Origin: Novosphingobium sp. Chol11
GTDB lineage: Bacteria > Pseudomonadota > Alphaproteobacteria > Sphingomonadales > Sphingomonadaceae
Reading direction: 5' to 3'
Assembly (NCBI GenBank): GCA_945906005.1
Contig: CAMDQY010000001.1
Coordinates: 1 to 41,766 of the forward strand
Length of the DNA stretch: 41,766 nt
Under the pieces are notes generated by a model, which did not search any database, was not told the DNA's origin, and saw only the letters and a program-made list of their open reading frames with translations. Position numbers and translations under genes: made by a program. Of this stretch, positions 19,843-28,570 are shown one piece after another (position 1 is the stretch's first letter; every line of letters begins with the position of its first letter).

Positions 19843-21357
19843 ATGACCACTCTTCCCGAAGCCAAACTCTTCATCGACGGTGAACTGCGCGGGGCCAGCG
19901 ATGGCGGTACCTACAACCTCATCAGCCCGTGGACCGGTCAGCCGACCGGCAAGGCAGCCGATGCCACCGCCGATGACGTCAATGCCGCGATTGCCGCGGC
20001 GCGCCGCGCATTTGATGAAACCAACTGGGGCTCGGCGGAAAACCGCGACAAGCGTCTCGAACTGGTGACCAAGCTGCGCGACGCCTTCCTCGAGAACAAA
20101 GAGCTCATCCACGACATCGCCGTCCACGAGGCGGGTGCCACGCGGCTCAACTGCAACCTCGCTCACTATGCCATGGCGATGGATGGCTGGAACGATTACA
20201 TCAACAAGTTCGCCGAAATCGAATGGGAAAAGGATCACGGCGAGCGCTACAGCGCGCTGGCCCAGTCGACCAGCAAGCGTATTGCCGTCCGTGAGCCGAC
20301 CGGCGTCGTCGCCGCGATCACGCCGTGGAACGTGCCGCTATATGTCAACATCGGCAAGGTTGTCGCGGGCCTGCTGGCAGGCTGCTGCGTGATCCTCAAG
20401 CCCGCGCCCGATACGCCGGGCGAAGGTGCGATCTTTGGTGAACTGGCGCAAAAGGTCGGCTTTCCCAAGGGCGTGATCCAGGTCGTATTTGGTTCCGATC
20501 CTGCGCTTGCGGGCGAAATGCTGGTGCAGGACAAGCGGGTCGATCTGGTGTCGTTCACCGGGTCGACCGCAGTTGGCCGCCACATCATGGAACAGGGCGC
20601 CAAGACGATGAAGCGCGTGTTCCTCGAACTGGGCGGAAAATCGGCAAAGATCGTGCTCGAAGATGCGCCCAACTTCGCGATGGACGTGGCGAGCACCATG
20701 CTGATCGTCCACGCCGGTCAGGGCTGCGCGGTGCAATCGCGGCTACTCGTCCCGAAGAGCCGCTACGAGGAAGCCAAGGAAGTGCTCAAGGGCGCCTATG
20801 CCTACCTCGGCGATAACTGGGGCGATATCGATGCGCAGGACCAGATCATGGGCCCGGTGGTCTCGAAGAAGCAGCACGACCGGATCATGAACTACATCCA
20901 GATCGGCCAGGACGAGGGCGCAACCCTGCTCGCCGGCGGCAAGTCCCGTCCCGACAAAACTCCAAACGGGGGCGGCGGTGGCTTCTTCATCGAGCCGACC
21001 TGCTTCGTCGATGTCACCAACAACATGCGCATCGCTCAGGAGGAAATTTTCGGCCCGGTGCTGGTGGTTATCCCGTTCGAGGACGATGCGGACGCGATCC
21101 GCATTGCCAACGACAGCGAATACGGCCTTGCTGGCGGCGTCGCTTCGGGCGATTTCGACCGGGCGATGAAGATCGCGCGGGCTGTGCGCACCGGATCAAT
21201 GGGCATCAATGGCGGCATGGCGATTGCCGGAGACCTTCCATTCGGTGGCTACAAGCATTCCGGCATCGGCCGCGAATGGGGCCTTGAAGGCATTGAGGAA
21301 TATACCGAAATCAAGACGATCGCCTGGCCAGTCGCACAGGCCGAAGCGGCAGAGTGA
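19843..21357 (+). CDS. Aldehyde dehydrogenase
   Basis: ITPWN, FTGST, LELGGKS, catalytic GQGC, EEIFGP and PFGGYKHSG motifs. Confidence 0.96.
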   Translation: MTTLPEAKLFIDGELRGASDGGTYNLISPWTGQPTGKAADATADDVNAAIAAARRAFDETNWGSAENRDKRLELVTKLRDAFLENKELIHDIAVHEAGATRLNCNLAHYAMAMDGWNDYINKFAEIEWEKDHGERYSALAQSTSKRIAVREPTGVVAAITPWNVPLYVNIGKVVAGLLAGCCVILKPAPDTPGEGAIFGELAQKVGFPKGVIQVVFGSDPALAGEMLVQDKRVDLVSFTGSTAVGRHIMEQGAKTMKRVFLELGGKSAKIVLEDAPNFAMDVASTMLIVHAGQGCAVQSRLLVPKSRYEEAKEVLKGAYAYLGDNWGDIDAQDQIMGPVVSKKQHDRIMNYIQIGQDEGATLLAGGKSRPDKTPNGGGGGFFIEPTCFVDVTNNMRIAQEEIFGPVLVVIPFEDDADAIRIANDSEYGLAGGVASGDFDRAMKIARAVRTGSMGINGGMAIAGDLPFGGYKHSGIGREWGLEGIEEYTEIKTIAWPVAQAEAAE

Positions 21358-22094
21358 ACCAGGCGCGTGCCATAGGCGGGGAGGTGGCTGCCAATTCGCA
21401 GCCGCTCGACCCCGCCTCGGCGCAGGCTTCGCAGAACGTCAGCCACAACCTCAACGGGCAAAGGCTGGGCCGCAAGGGGCGAGAAACCCGCGAGCGGATC
21501 GTGCGCGCCGCAATCGAGGTGTTGAGCGAGGGCAACGAGGAGCCCTTCACGTTGAGCGCAGTTGCCCGTCAGGCAACGCTCGGCATGAGCTCGCTCTATA
21601 ATTATTTTACCGATCTCAGCGAATTGATGGCGTCTGTGCTCGAACCGGTCATGACTTCAGCCACCGAGACCTGGTTGGCGGAACTGGCTGATCACTGGCC
21701 CGATCAGGAGGTGACCGAGCGATGCGATCGATTTTGGCAAAGCTACGCCGAATTCTGGAGGAGGCATTCAGCCGTACTCCACCAGCGCAACCGCATGTCC
21801 GATGCCGGTGATGAGCGGATGCTGGCCTGCCGGGTCGATGCCGGTCAACCGCTGATGGATGGCATCGCCCGGCAACTCGGGTCTGGCGAGGTGCACGGGC
21901 CAAGCGACGAGGAACGTGCCATGGCAAGCGTTCTTGCGACAATGATGGAGCGCACGGTCACCGTCCAGAGCCAGCCCAACTATGTCAAATATACTGCCGC
22001 CACGCTTGGGCGCGCATCGAGCGCTCTAAGCCCAGCTGGAGCGAGGTTGCTCGCGGTCGCGGTGAGGGACTGGCGCTGCACTGCGGCTGACTAG
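21354..22094 (+). CDS. TetR/AcrR family regulator
   Basis: GRETRERIV...FTLSAVARQATLGMSSLYNYF HTH; GTGA overlap with the ALDH gene (start uncertain). Confidence 0.88.
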   Translation: MNQARAIGGEVAANSQPLDPASAQASQNVSHNLNGQRLGRKGRETRERIVRAAIEVLSEGNEEPFTLSAVARQATLGMSSLYNYFTDLSELMASVLEPVMTSATETWLAELADHWPDQEVTERCDRFWQSYAEFWRRHSAVLHQRNRMSDAGDERMLACRVDAGQPLMDGIARQLGSGEVHGPSDEERAMASVLATMMERTVTVQSQPNYVKYTAATLGRASSALSPAGARLLAVAVRDWRCTAAD

Positions 22095-22106
22095 AGCCGG
22101 ATCTGA

Positions 22107-22904
22107 TTAAGCAGCAGTAGCCAATGACTTGACGTTGTCTGTGCCCGGATTGACAAGCGAATTGTCCACAGCTTCACGCAGGCATCGTGCCAATGCTTCG
22201 TATTGATCGGGCTTGTCCATGACGATGCAGGCTGCGAGCGCGGCATCTTCATCCTGACCGGGCAGCAGCATGGCCACCATGAGTTCGCGCGTGCCGAATC
22301 CCGCCAGACCGAGCGCAAGGCCGGTCCGCCCGCATTCCGCAATTTGTCGCATCACTTCGGCGGTGACGAACTTGTCGGCGGCGTCCGCTTCGGCGTTTAG
22401 TCGGCGCAGCGCTGCCTCGCGCTTGCCTTCGGCCAGGGTAGACAGCAGCAGCAATCCTGCCGCGCCATGAGTCAAGGGTTCACGCATTCCGCCGCGCCAT
22501 GCGGCTGCGCGACGCAACCGGGGGTTACTGCCCTGCCGGGCGGTGACGATCTGCGCATCGAGCCCGATTTTCGAGACCAGCAGCACCGGCAGGCCGGTCT
22601 GGGATAGAAGACGATCGAGCAGCTGGATCAGCCTGCCATCGCGGACAGCGCCTTGCTGGGAGGTCGCGCCGAGCAAGGCAGCTCGCACTGTCGGGCGATA
22701 GGAGCGGGCGAAAGGATCCTTCTGCAGCAGCCCAAGTTCGACAAGACTCGACAGCAATTCGGAGGTGCTTGACTGCGGACGATCATAGCGGCGCACGATA
22801 TCCATGACCGTCGCTTCGGGATGATCCTCGTCAAAGAATTCGAGAACCTCGACAACCCTGCGCGCGATCTTGGCCTTGTTGGCCGTGCTGCGTGTTACCG
22901 CCAT
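22107..22904 (-). CDS. IclR family transcriptional regulator
   Basis: RRVVEVLEFF...PQSSTSELLSSLVELG HTH and PLTHGAAG effector-domain motif. Start trimmed to MAVTRS. Confidence 0.85.
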   Translation of the reverse strand: MAVTRSTANKAKIARRVVEVLEFFDEDHPEATVMDIVRRYDRPQSSTSELLSSLVELGLLQKDPFARSYRPTVRAALLGATSQQGAVRDGRLIQLLDRLLSQTGLPVLLVSKIGLDAQIVTARQGSNPRLRRAAAWRGGMREPLTHGAAGLLLLSTLAEGKREAALRRLNAEADAADKFVTAEVMRQIAECGRTGLALGLAGFGTRELMVAMLLPGQDEDAALAACIVMDKPDQYEALARCLREAVDNSLVNPGTDNVKSLATAA

Positions 22905-23135
22905 TTGCCTCTCCGTGGTCTGCTTTGATCGCTTGGTCTGCGCTTGCATCGCTCTTGTCAACCAGAAACGAGGAGGTATCATTTTTACCTCACTTTGTTT
23001 AGTATTACCCGTAGTTACGGAAGCTGTGCGCTCGCGGAAGCAAGCATCGGATACAGTATGGGAGTTGCCCTTTTCCCGAGAATCGGCAATTCGACTCGGG
23101 GCTTGGCCTAATTCAGCGAGGAGTTTGGACAGGCG

Positions 23136-24089
23136 ATGGGTCACGATGGCGTAACGTTGAAGCCCGCCCGGTTTTGGATCGGCGAGGAGCGCTGGGAACA
23201 CCCGGTCGCTGTGATCGATCTCGATGCAGATGAGACCTGGCCGGACCAGATCCAGCTTCCGCCTTGTCCGGTGATCGGCATCGGCGCACGCGATGCGCCA
23301 AGAGCCAATTTGGTAGACACGGTGATCGAGGTGCCAGCGAGCCTCGATGGCGTCATGGCTCAGATTGTGGCCAATCCCCGCGCTGCTGCAGTCGTGGTGC
23401 AACTGCTGCGCGTGCTGCCTGCACTTGGGTTGCAAGAGGCGCTCACTATCGAATCGCTGGCCTACGCGACTCTCCAGGGCAGCGAGGAACATCGCGCGTG
23501 GATGAAAAGCAATCTGGCCGAGACTGGAGCAGCGCCCGGAACGGTGCATTTACGGCGCTCGGATGAAGTGCTTGAGATTGTGCTCGACCGCCCCGATGCG
23601 GACAACGCAATCGATCGTTCGATGCGCGATGCGATCTATGAGGCCTTTCAGATTGCCTTGCTCGATGCCTCGATAAAGCAAGTCGTGCTGCGCGGTGAGG
23701 GCAAGGCATTCAGCCTCGGTGCCGACCTTGCGGAATTCGGCACCACCACTGATCCTGCCACCGCCCATTCCATCCGCGCAATGACCTTGCCTGCGCAGAT
23801 GGCCGTTCGCATCGCCGACAGGCTCGAGGCGCGCGTGAAGGGGCCCTGTGTCGGCTCCGCGCTCGAACTTACGGCCTTTGCGCGGCGAATTGTCGCCGGG
23901 CCGCACGCCTGGTTTCAACTTCCCGAACTGGCGATGGGCATACTGCCGGGGGCGGGCGGCTGTGTTTCGTTGACGCGTCGGATCGGGCGACAACGCACCG
24001 CGCTGATGATCCTTTCGGGAAAACGCCTTTCAGCGCGCATGGCGCTCGACTGGGGTCTGGTCGACGAGATCATGGACGACTTTGCCTGA
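23136..24089 (+). CDS. Enoyl-CoA hydratase/isomerase family protein with N-terminal extension
   Basis: LDRPDADNAI, FSLGADLAEF, LPELAMGILPGAGG and WGLVDEI motifs; the crotonase domain starts near residue 135. Start uncertain. Confidence 0.88.
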   Translation: MGHDGVTLKPARFWIGEERWEHPVAVIDLDADETWPDQIQLPPCPVIGIGARDAPRANLVDTVIEVPASLDGVMAQIVANPRAAAVVVQLLRVLPALGLQEALTIESLAYATLQGSEEHRAWMKSNLAETGAAPGTVHLRRSDEVLEIVLDRPDADNAIDRSMRDAIYEAFQIALLDASIKQVVLRGEGKAFSLGADLAEFGTTTDPATAHSIRAMTLPAQMAVRIADRLEARVKGPCVGSALELTAFARRIVAGPHAWFQLPELAMGILPGAGGCVSLTRRIGRQRTALMILSGKRLSARMALDWGLVDEIMDDFA

Positions 24090-25457
24090 CGCGATAGTCA
24101 GCACGACTTGCTCTTTCGCAAGTCGCTCGCGGGCGTCGGCCCACTTTCGGTCGAGCAGGCATAGATCGGCCGGCGCCCCGACAGCGACCTCTCGCTGACG
24201 AGAAAGACCGGCGGGATCGGCCAGCCACAGGGCCAACGCGTGCTCGGGAGGAAGCGCTTCGTCGGCGCCGATAACCGCGCCCGCCGCCGTCCGTCGCGAG
24301 ATGGCGGCGCGCATCGCCGCCCAAGGATCGGGCATGGCGAAAGGTGCATCGCTGCCGCCAGCCGTCGGAATTCCAGCAGCACGGAGGCTTTGCAGTCGGT
24401 AAAGATCGCCGTGGAGACGCGGCTCGACATCGAGCAGGTAGCGGTCGCCCCGCTCGGCAACGAAATGCGGCTGCACGCAGACAGCAAGGCCGAGGTCTGC
24501 CATGCGAGCGATGTGGTCGGACGAAGCGATCGAGGCATGTTCGATCCGGTCGCCCGGAGTGGCTCCGGCTTGTTCAAGCAAGGCTAGCGCGAAGACGATC
24601 TCAACCTCGCTGACACAATGGATCGCGAGTGCGCGCCCCTGTTCGTGGGCGGCACGGGCTATCGCAACAGCATCGTCGAACGCCGGAAGATCCGCCTCGT
24701 GCAGGTGCAGCTTGACCGGGCCAAGTGTCCATCCGCGCTGCGGGGCATGCGCAAGATCCAGCGTCCCGGCCAGCGTCAAACTTTGCACAAGGGCACTAGC
24801 CGCGCGCTGCGCCGCAAAGTGCTCGGCCATGTCGGGGCCGTTCTGCGGGGTCATGTCAGTCAGGCCGGTCACGCCAAGGCGGGCAAGTTCAGCGGATACG
24901 ACGGCGAAGTCTGGCGGCGTGCTGTCCATGGCCGTGCGCAGCCACGCGTCCTCGTCGAATAGGCGACCCGTGAATCGCCCGGCTTCGCGCTCCAGCCCAT
25001 CTGGCGGTTCCGCGCTCGACAACAATTCATCCAGCGCCGCCGAATTGAGCAGCCACATCCGGCCTGAGCGGTGCTGCATCCGAAGCGGTCGGTCGGGCAC
25101 CAGCGCGTCGAGAGCGCGAGCATCGGGCAGGGCATCCAGCACGCTTTCGTGATAGCCCACGCCGCGAATCCAGCCAGATCCGGGTGCGCCGGTGAGTGCT
25201 TTGCTCAGCTCTGCCCTATTGGTAACCGCTGGCGGACCGCACCGAACTGATTGCGTTCGCACTGCAAGGCCTGCGAGGTGCACGTGATGATCGTGCAGGC
25301 CGGGCAGGAGCAGGCCGCCTTTTGCATCAATTACTCGATCCGCACCGTCGCTTGGTAGGTGGTTACTGATCCGGGCGATCGATCCACCTTCGACCAGCAC
25401 GTCAACCTTTGGACCGGCCCCATCTCCGGTCCACAGCTCCGTATCGCGGATCAGCAA
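24030..25457 (-). CDS. Amidohydrolase 3 family metallohydrolase
   Basis: LLPGLHDHHVH, HRSG, AIHC, RIEHAS, GSDAP and GAPADLCLL motifs; probable TTG start overlapping the upstream stop. Confidence 0.88.
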   Translation of the reverse strand: MLIRDTELWTGDGAGPKVDVLVEGGSIARISNHLPSDGADRVIDAKGGLLLPGLHDHHVHLAGLAVRTQSVRCGPPAVTNRAELSKALTGAPGSGWIRGVGYHESVLDALPDARALDALVPDRPLRMQHRSGRMWLLNSAALDELLSSAEPPDGLEREAGRFTGRLFDEDAWLRTAMDSTPPDFAVVSAELARLGVTGLTDMTPQNGPDMAEHFAAQRAASALVQSLTLAGTLDLAHAPQRGWTLGPVKLHLHEADLPAFDDAVAIARAAHEQGRALAIHCVSEVEIVFALALLEQAGATPGDRIEHASIASSDHIARMADLGLAVCVQPHFVAERGDRYLLDVEPRLHGDLYRLQSLRAAGIPTAGGSDAPFAMPDPWAAMRAAISRRTAAGAVIGADEALPPEHALALWLADPAGLSRQREVAVGAPADLCLLDRKWADARERLAKEQVVLTIASGKVVHDLVDQTPVERHAR

Positions 25458-26665
25458 GCCGGGGCCGTGCCCAGCCATTTTTCCGTGTCCGCACCCAGAT
25501 CGCGAAATGGCCCAAGGCCAGAGCGGCGAGGCACCTTGGGGAACAGCTTGCCCACGTTCGCGCCCCATGCGCGCAGTTCGGCATCGAGGGCAGGGCGGTC
25601 GAACGCGCGCTCCTCCGACAATGCCTTCGCTGCGATAGCGCTCATTGAAAAACCAATACGAACCGCTTCGCCATTCGCATAGGCCCGCCAGCCTTCAAGG
25701 GCGGCGGTGATCCCGGTCAGCGGATCGGCGAGCGCATCGCCGACATAGCCGATCTCTCCGGTCGCATCGGCGAGCGCGCGCGCAAGCCCGCCCGCAACCG
25801 CGCAATCGTTGCCCACGCCCACCCAGTTCGCTGCATCTCCGGTCGCGCCGTGGCCGGTTATCGAGAGCCAGACCAAACCTGGTACTTCGCGAACCAGCGC
25901 ATCCGCGTCGATGCCAAGATGGCGCAAGGCGCGCGGGCGCGAAGCCTCGATCACCATGTCAGCGCCGCGGATCAACGCCACGAGCCGGTCTCGGGTCGCA
26001 GGGTCAGTGAGATCGGCTGCAACTGATTGCTTGCCCTGATTCACCATTTCGAATGTCAGCGGGTCGCTTGAACGGATCATGTCAGGACGCTTCGGGTTCT
26101 CTACTTTGATGACATCCGCGCCAGCGAGCCACAGCAAGTGACCGCACAGCGGGCCAGCCCAGATCGCCGACAAGTCGACGACTAGCGGGCGGTGGCCGGG
26201 ATCACGCCTGCGCTGCGTTCCTCGCGCCAGCACCTCGACCGGCGGCGAGGCAGGTACTTCGTCGGCACAGGCGACCGGCAGGCCAAGCGCGCGACCCTTG
26301 GCCAGCAAATCATTGCTGTCGTGCAGGGCAATCTCCGCTGCGATTTCGACCTCGGTGGCAATCTCCATGCCCTCCTTCCCGAACAGGGCGGGCAGGTATG
26401 CGCGGTCCTCCTCGCGCATGATGGTGAGCGCGAACCATGAGCCGTCGCGGGTAGGATTGAGGTGGCTGCCGCCAACGCCTGCCGAACGGCGACCGCGAAT
26501 CTCGAAGTCCCGCGCCGACCCGCGCTCACCGACCACGGTCAGCCCATCGAGCGCCGCGATCCGTTCCGAGCCTGTGACTGTCGCGAGGTCGCGCAACTGT
26601 CGGTCGGCCCAGCGCCACAGCGGGATCGGTGGCCCGTGTTCGGCGTCGGGAAGATCAATCGGCAA
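25451..26665 (-). CDS. Family III CoA-transferase, atypical domain order
   Basis: [32 protein letters not shown] and ADPLTG motifs starting about 160 aa in; PTRDGSW segment at the N-terminus. Confidence 0.82.
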   Translation of the reverse strand: MPIDLPDAEHGPPIPLWRWADRQLRDLATVTGSERIAALDGLTVVGERGSARDFEIRGRRSAGVGGSHLNPTRDGSWFALTIMREEDRAYLPALFGKEGMEIATEVEIAAEIALHDSNDLLAKGRALGLPVACADEVPASPPVEVLARGTQRRRDPGHRPLVVDLSAIWAGPLCGHLLWLAGADVIKVENPKRPDMIRSSDPLTFEMVNQGKQSVAADLTDPATRDRLVALIRGADMVIEASRPRALRHLGIDADALVREVPGLVWLSITGHGATGDAANWVGVGNDCAVAGGLARALADATGEIGYVGDALADPLTGITAALEGWRAYANGEAVRIGFSMSAIAAKALSEERAFDRPALDAELRAWGANVGKLFPKVPRRSGLGPFRDLGADTEKWLGTAPAC

Positions 26666-28154
26666 GGATGTCCTTCACCTTTCGGCGCAGCAGCTTGTCC
26701 ATCTCGTTATAGGGAAGTTCGTCGATATAGACGACCTTCTCGGGCACGCGCGAACTCCGCAGCCGCGAGCGCACCAATTCCTTGATCTCGTCTTCGCCGG
26801 GAGCTTCGTGTCCTTCGCGTGGCACGATCGCCATGCCGACCGCTTCGCCCCATTCGACCGAAGGGATCGCCACCGCGCAGGCATCGCCCACCGCCGGGTG
26901 TGTGAGCACCACGTCCTCGATCTCGCCGGGCGACATATTCTCGCCGCCGCGCACGATCACGTCGTCTGCGCGACCCGAGAGGAACAGATAGCCGTCCTCG
27001 TCCATGTAGCCTGCGTCGCGCGTGGGAAACCAGCCCTGTGCATCGAGCGCGCTGCGCCCCTTGTATTCGCCCGAGACCTGTTCGCCGCGCACGTAGATCT
27101 CACCTGGCTCGTTGGGGCCGAGAACCTTACCATCCTCGTCGCGGATCTCGATTTCGACGGTCGGCAGCGGAATACCAAGCGACGTAAGGCGCGCGCGCAC
27201 CTTGGGATCGTCGGAAGTTAGTGCTTCGCGGTGCTCGTCGGGGCCGAGCAGAGCGATCGTCGAACTGGTCTCGGTCAGGCCATAGCTGTTGGTGAAGCCG
27301 GTCGCGGGAAGCAGCGCCAGCGCCTTTTCGATGATCTCGCGCGGCATCTTGCCGCCGCCATATGCAATTGACCGTAAGGAAGAGAGATTCGCATCCGCGC
27401 TGTCAGCCAGCTTGTCGATGATCCGCGCCATCATCGTCGGCACGACAAAGACATTGGTGACCTTCTCGCCTTGGGCCAGCTTCAGCCACGCCTCCGGCTC
27501 GAACGAGGGCAGCATGACGATACGGCGGCCGGCATAGGTCGACGACAGCAGCGCCGATATTCCGGCGATGTGATAGGGCGGGACGACCACAAGCGCGGCG
27601 TCCGCTTCGTCCGCCGATGCAAATTCCACGGTGCCGAGGATATAGCCCAGCAGATTGGAGTGGCGCAGGATCGCCGCCTTGGGCTCGGCTGTGGTGCCAC
27701 TGGTAAACAGTTGCACCGCCACGCCTTCGCCCGGATCGTATTCGCGGTCTTCGCCTTCAGGCCAGCTTTCCTGCGCCTTCAGCGTGAACAACTCGCGCGC
27801 GTAGACGGTGTGGCCCTGATCGCCAGCGATGCGCTCGACCCGCTCCTCGTCGCCGATCACCAGCGCCGGCGCGATCCGCTCAAGAAGCGCGGCCAGATCT
27901 GCGTCAGGCAGGCGGTAATTGAGCGGGCAATAGGGTACGCCAGCTAGCGCCGCGCCGAACAACGCGATCATCGAGGCTTCGCTGCTTTCGTCGAGCAAGG
28001 CGACATATTCGACCTCGCTTTCCTGGATGATCTCGAAGGCGCCGCGCGCGGCAGCAAGCAGGTCGCCATAGGTCCAGCGCTTGCCATCGCAGACAAGGGC
28101 GATGCGGTTCGGGGCAGCCTCGGCCGCCATTTCAAGGAGCAGGGCGATGTTCAT
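26655..28154 (-). CDS. Acyl-CoA ligase (class I adenylate-forming enzyme)
   Basis: FTSGTTAEPK, YGLTETS, GWFPTRD and GRADDVIVRGGEN motifs. Start trimmed to MNIALLL. Confidence 0.93.
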   Translation of the reverse strand: MNIALLLEMAAEAAPNRIALVCDGKRWTYGDLLAAARGAFEIIQESEVEYVALLDESSEASMIALFGAALAGVPYCPLNYRLPDADLAALLERIAPALVIGDEERVERIAGDQGHTVYARELFTLKAQESWPEGEDREYDPGEGVAVQLFTSGTTAEPKAAILRHSNLLGYILGTVEFASADEADAALVVVPPYHIAGISALLSSTYAGRRIVMLPSFEPEAWLKLAQGEKVTNVFVVPTMMARIIDKLADSADANLSSLRSIAYGGGKMPREIIEKALALLPATGFTNSYGLTETSSTIALLGPDEHREALTSDDPKVRARLTSLGIPLPTVEIEIRDEDGKVLGPNEPGEIYVRGEQVSGEYKGRSALDAQGWFPTRDAGYMDEDGYLFLSGRADDVIVRGGENMSPGEIEDVVLTHPAVGDACAVAIPSVEWGEAVGMAIVPREGHEAPGEDEIKELVRSRLRSSRVPEKVVYIDELPYNEMDKLLRRKVKDILAD

Positions 28155-28177
28155 GGTATTGTCCGCGCAGTCCCGCG

Positions 28178-28468
28178 TCAGTCCGAAGCGGGGAGAGGCT
28201 TGGCATCCTTGGTGACGAGCGCGACGCCATCGACCGACAGCGAACCCTTGCCCGGCTTGACGCACAGCAGCTCATAGGTGTTTTCCGCATCGACATAGCG
28301 CTTGCCCATCAGCGAGCCATTCGAGTGGTCGGGCGAAAGCGCGGCCGCTTCGGCAGGCTTGTCTTCGGCCATGGGCGCGCCGCCGCATTCGATCGTGCCG
28401 CCAGCAGTGCGGATCACCATCACTTCGGTGTCGCAGGCGGCGCTCTTCAAACGGGTTCCGGGTTTCAT
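28178..28468 (-). CDS. Small Cys-containing protein of unknown function
   Basis: 96 aa with typical codon usage; lies between a CoA-transferase and the ligase on the same strand; CDTEV, CGGAPM and LLCVKPG motifs. Confidence 0.75.
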   Translation of the reverse strand: MKPGTRLKSAACDTEVMVIRTAGGTIECGGAPMAEDKPAEAAALSPDHSNGSLMGKRYVDAENTYELLCVKPGKGSLSVDGVALVTKDAKPLPASD

Positions 28469-28570
28469 GGTCAGGTGATCCTTTATGTGTTGCGCGCCGC
28501 CAGGCAGCGGGAAGGACGCCCTTAAGCGCGGATTGCCGCCACGTTCAAGCCCAGACTAGCGCAAGGAGCT

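Noticed and set aside
22905-23549. 215-aa N-terminal extension of the IclR ORF (480 aa as called)
   Set aside because: It is antisense to the crotonase and spans the promoter region. The IclR HTH starts right after Met at 22904, which has a GGAGAGG RBS.
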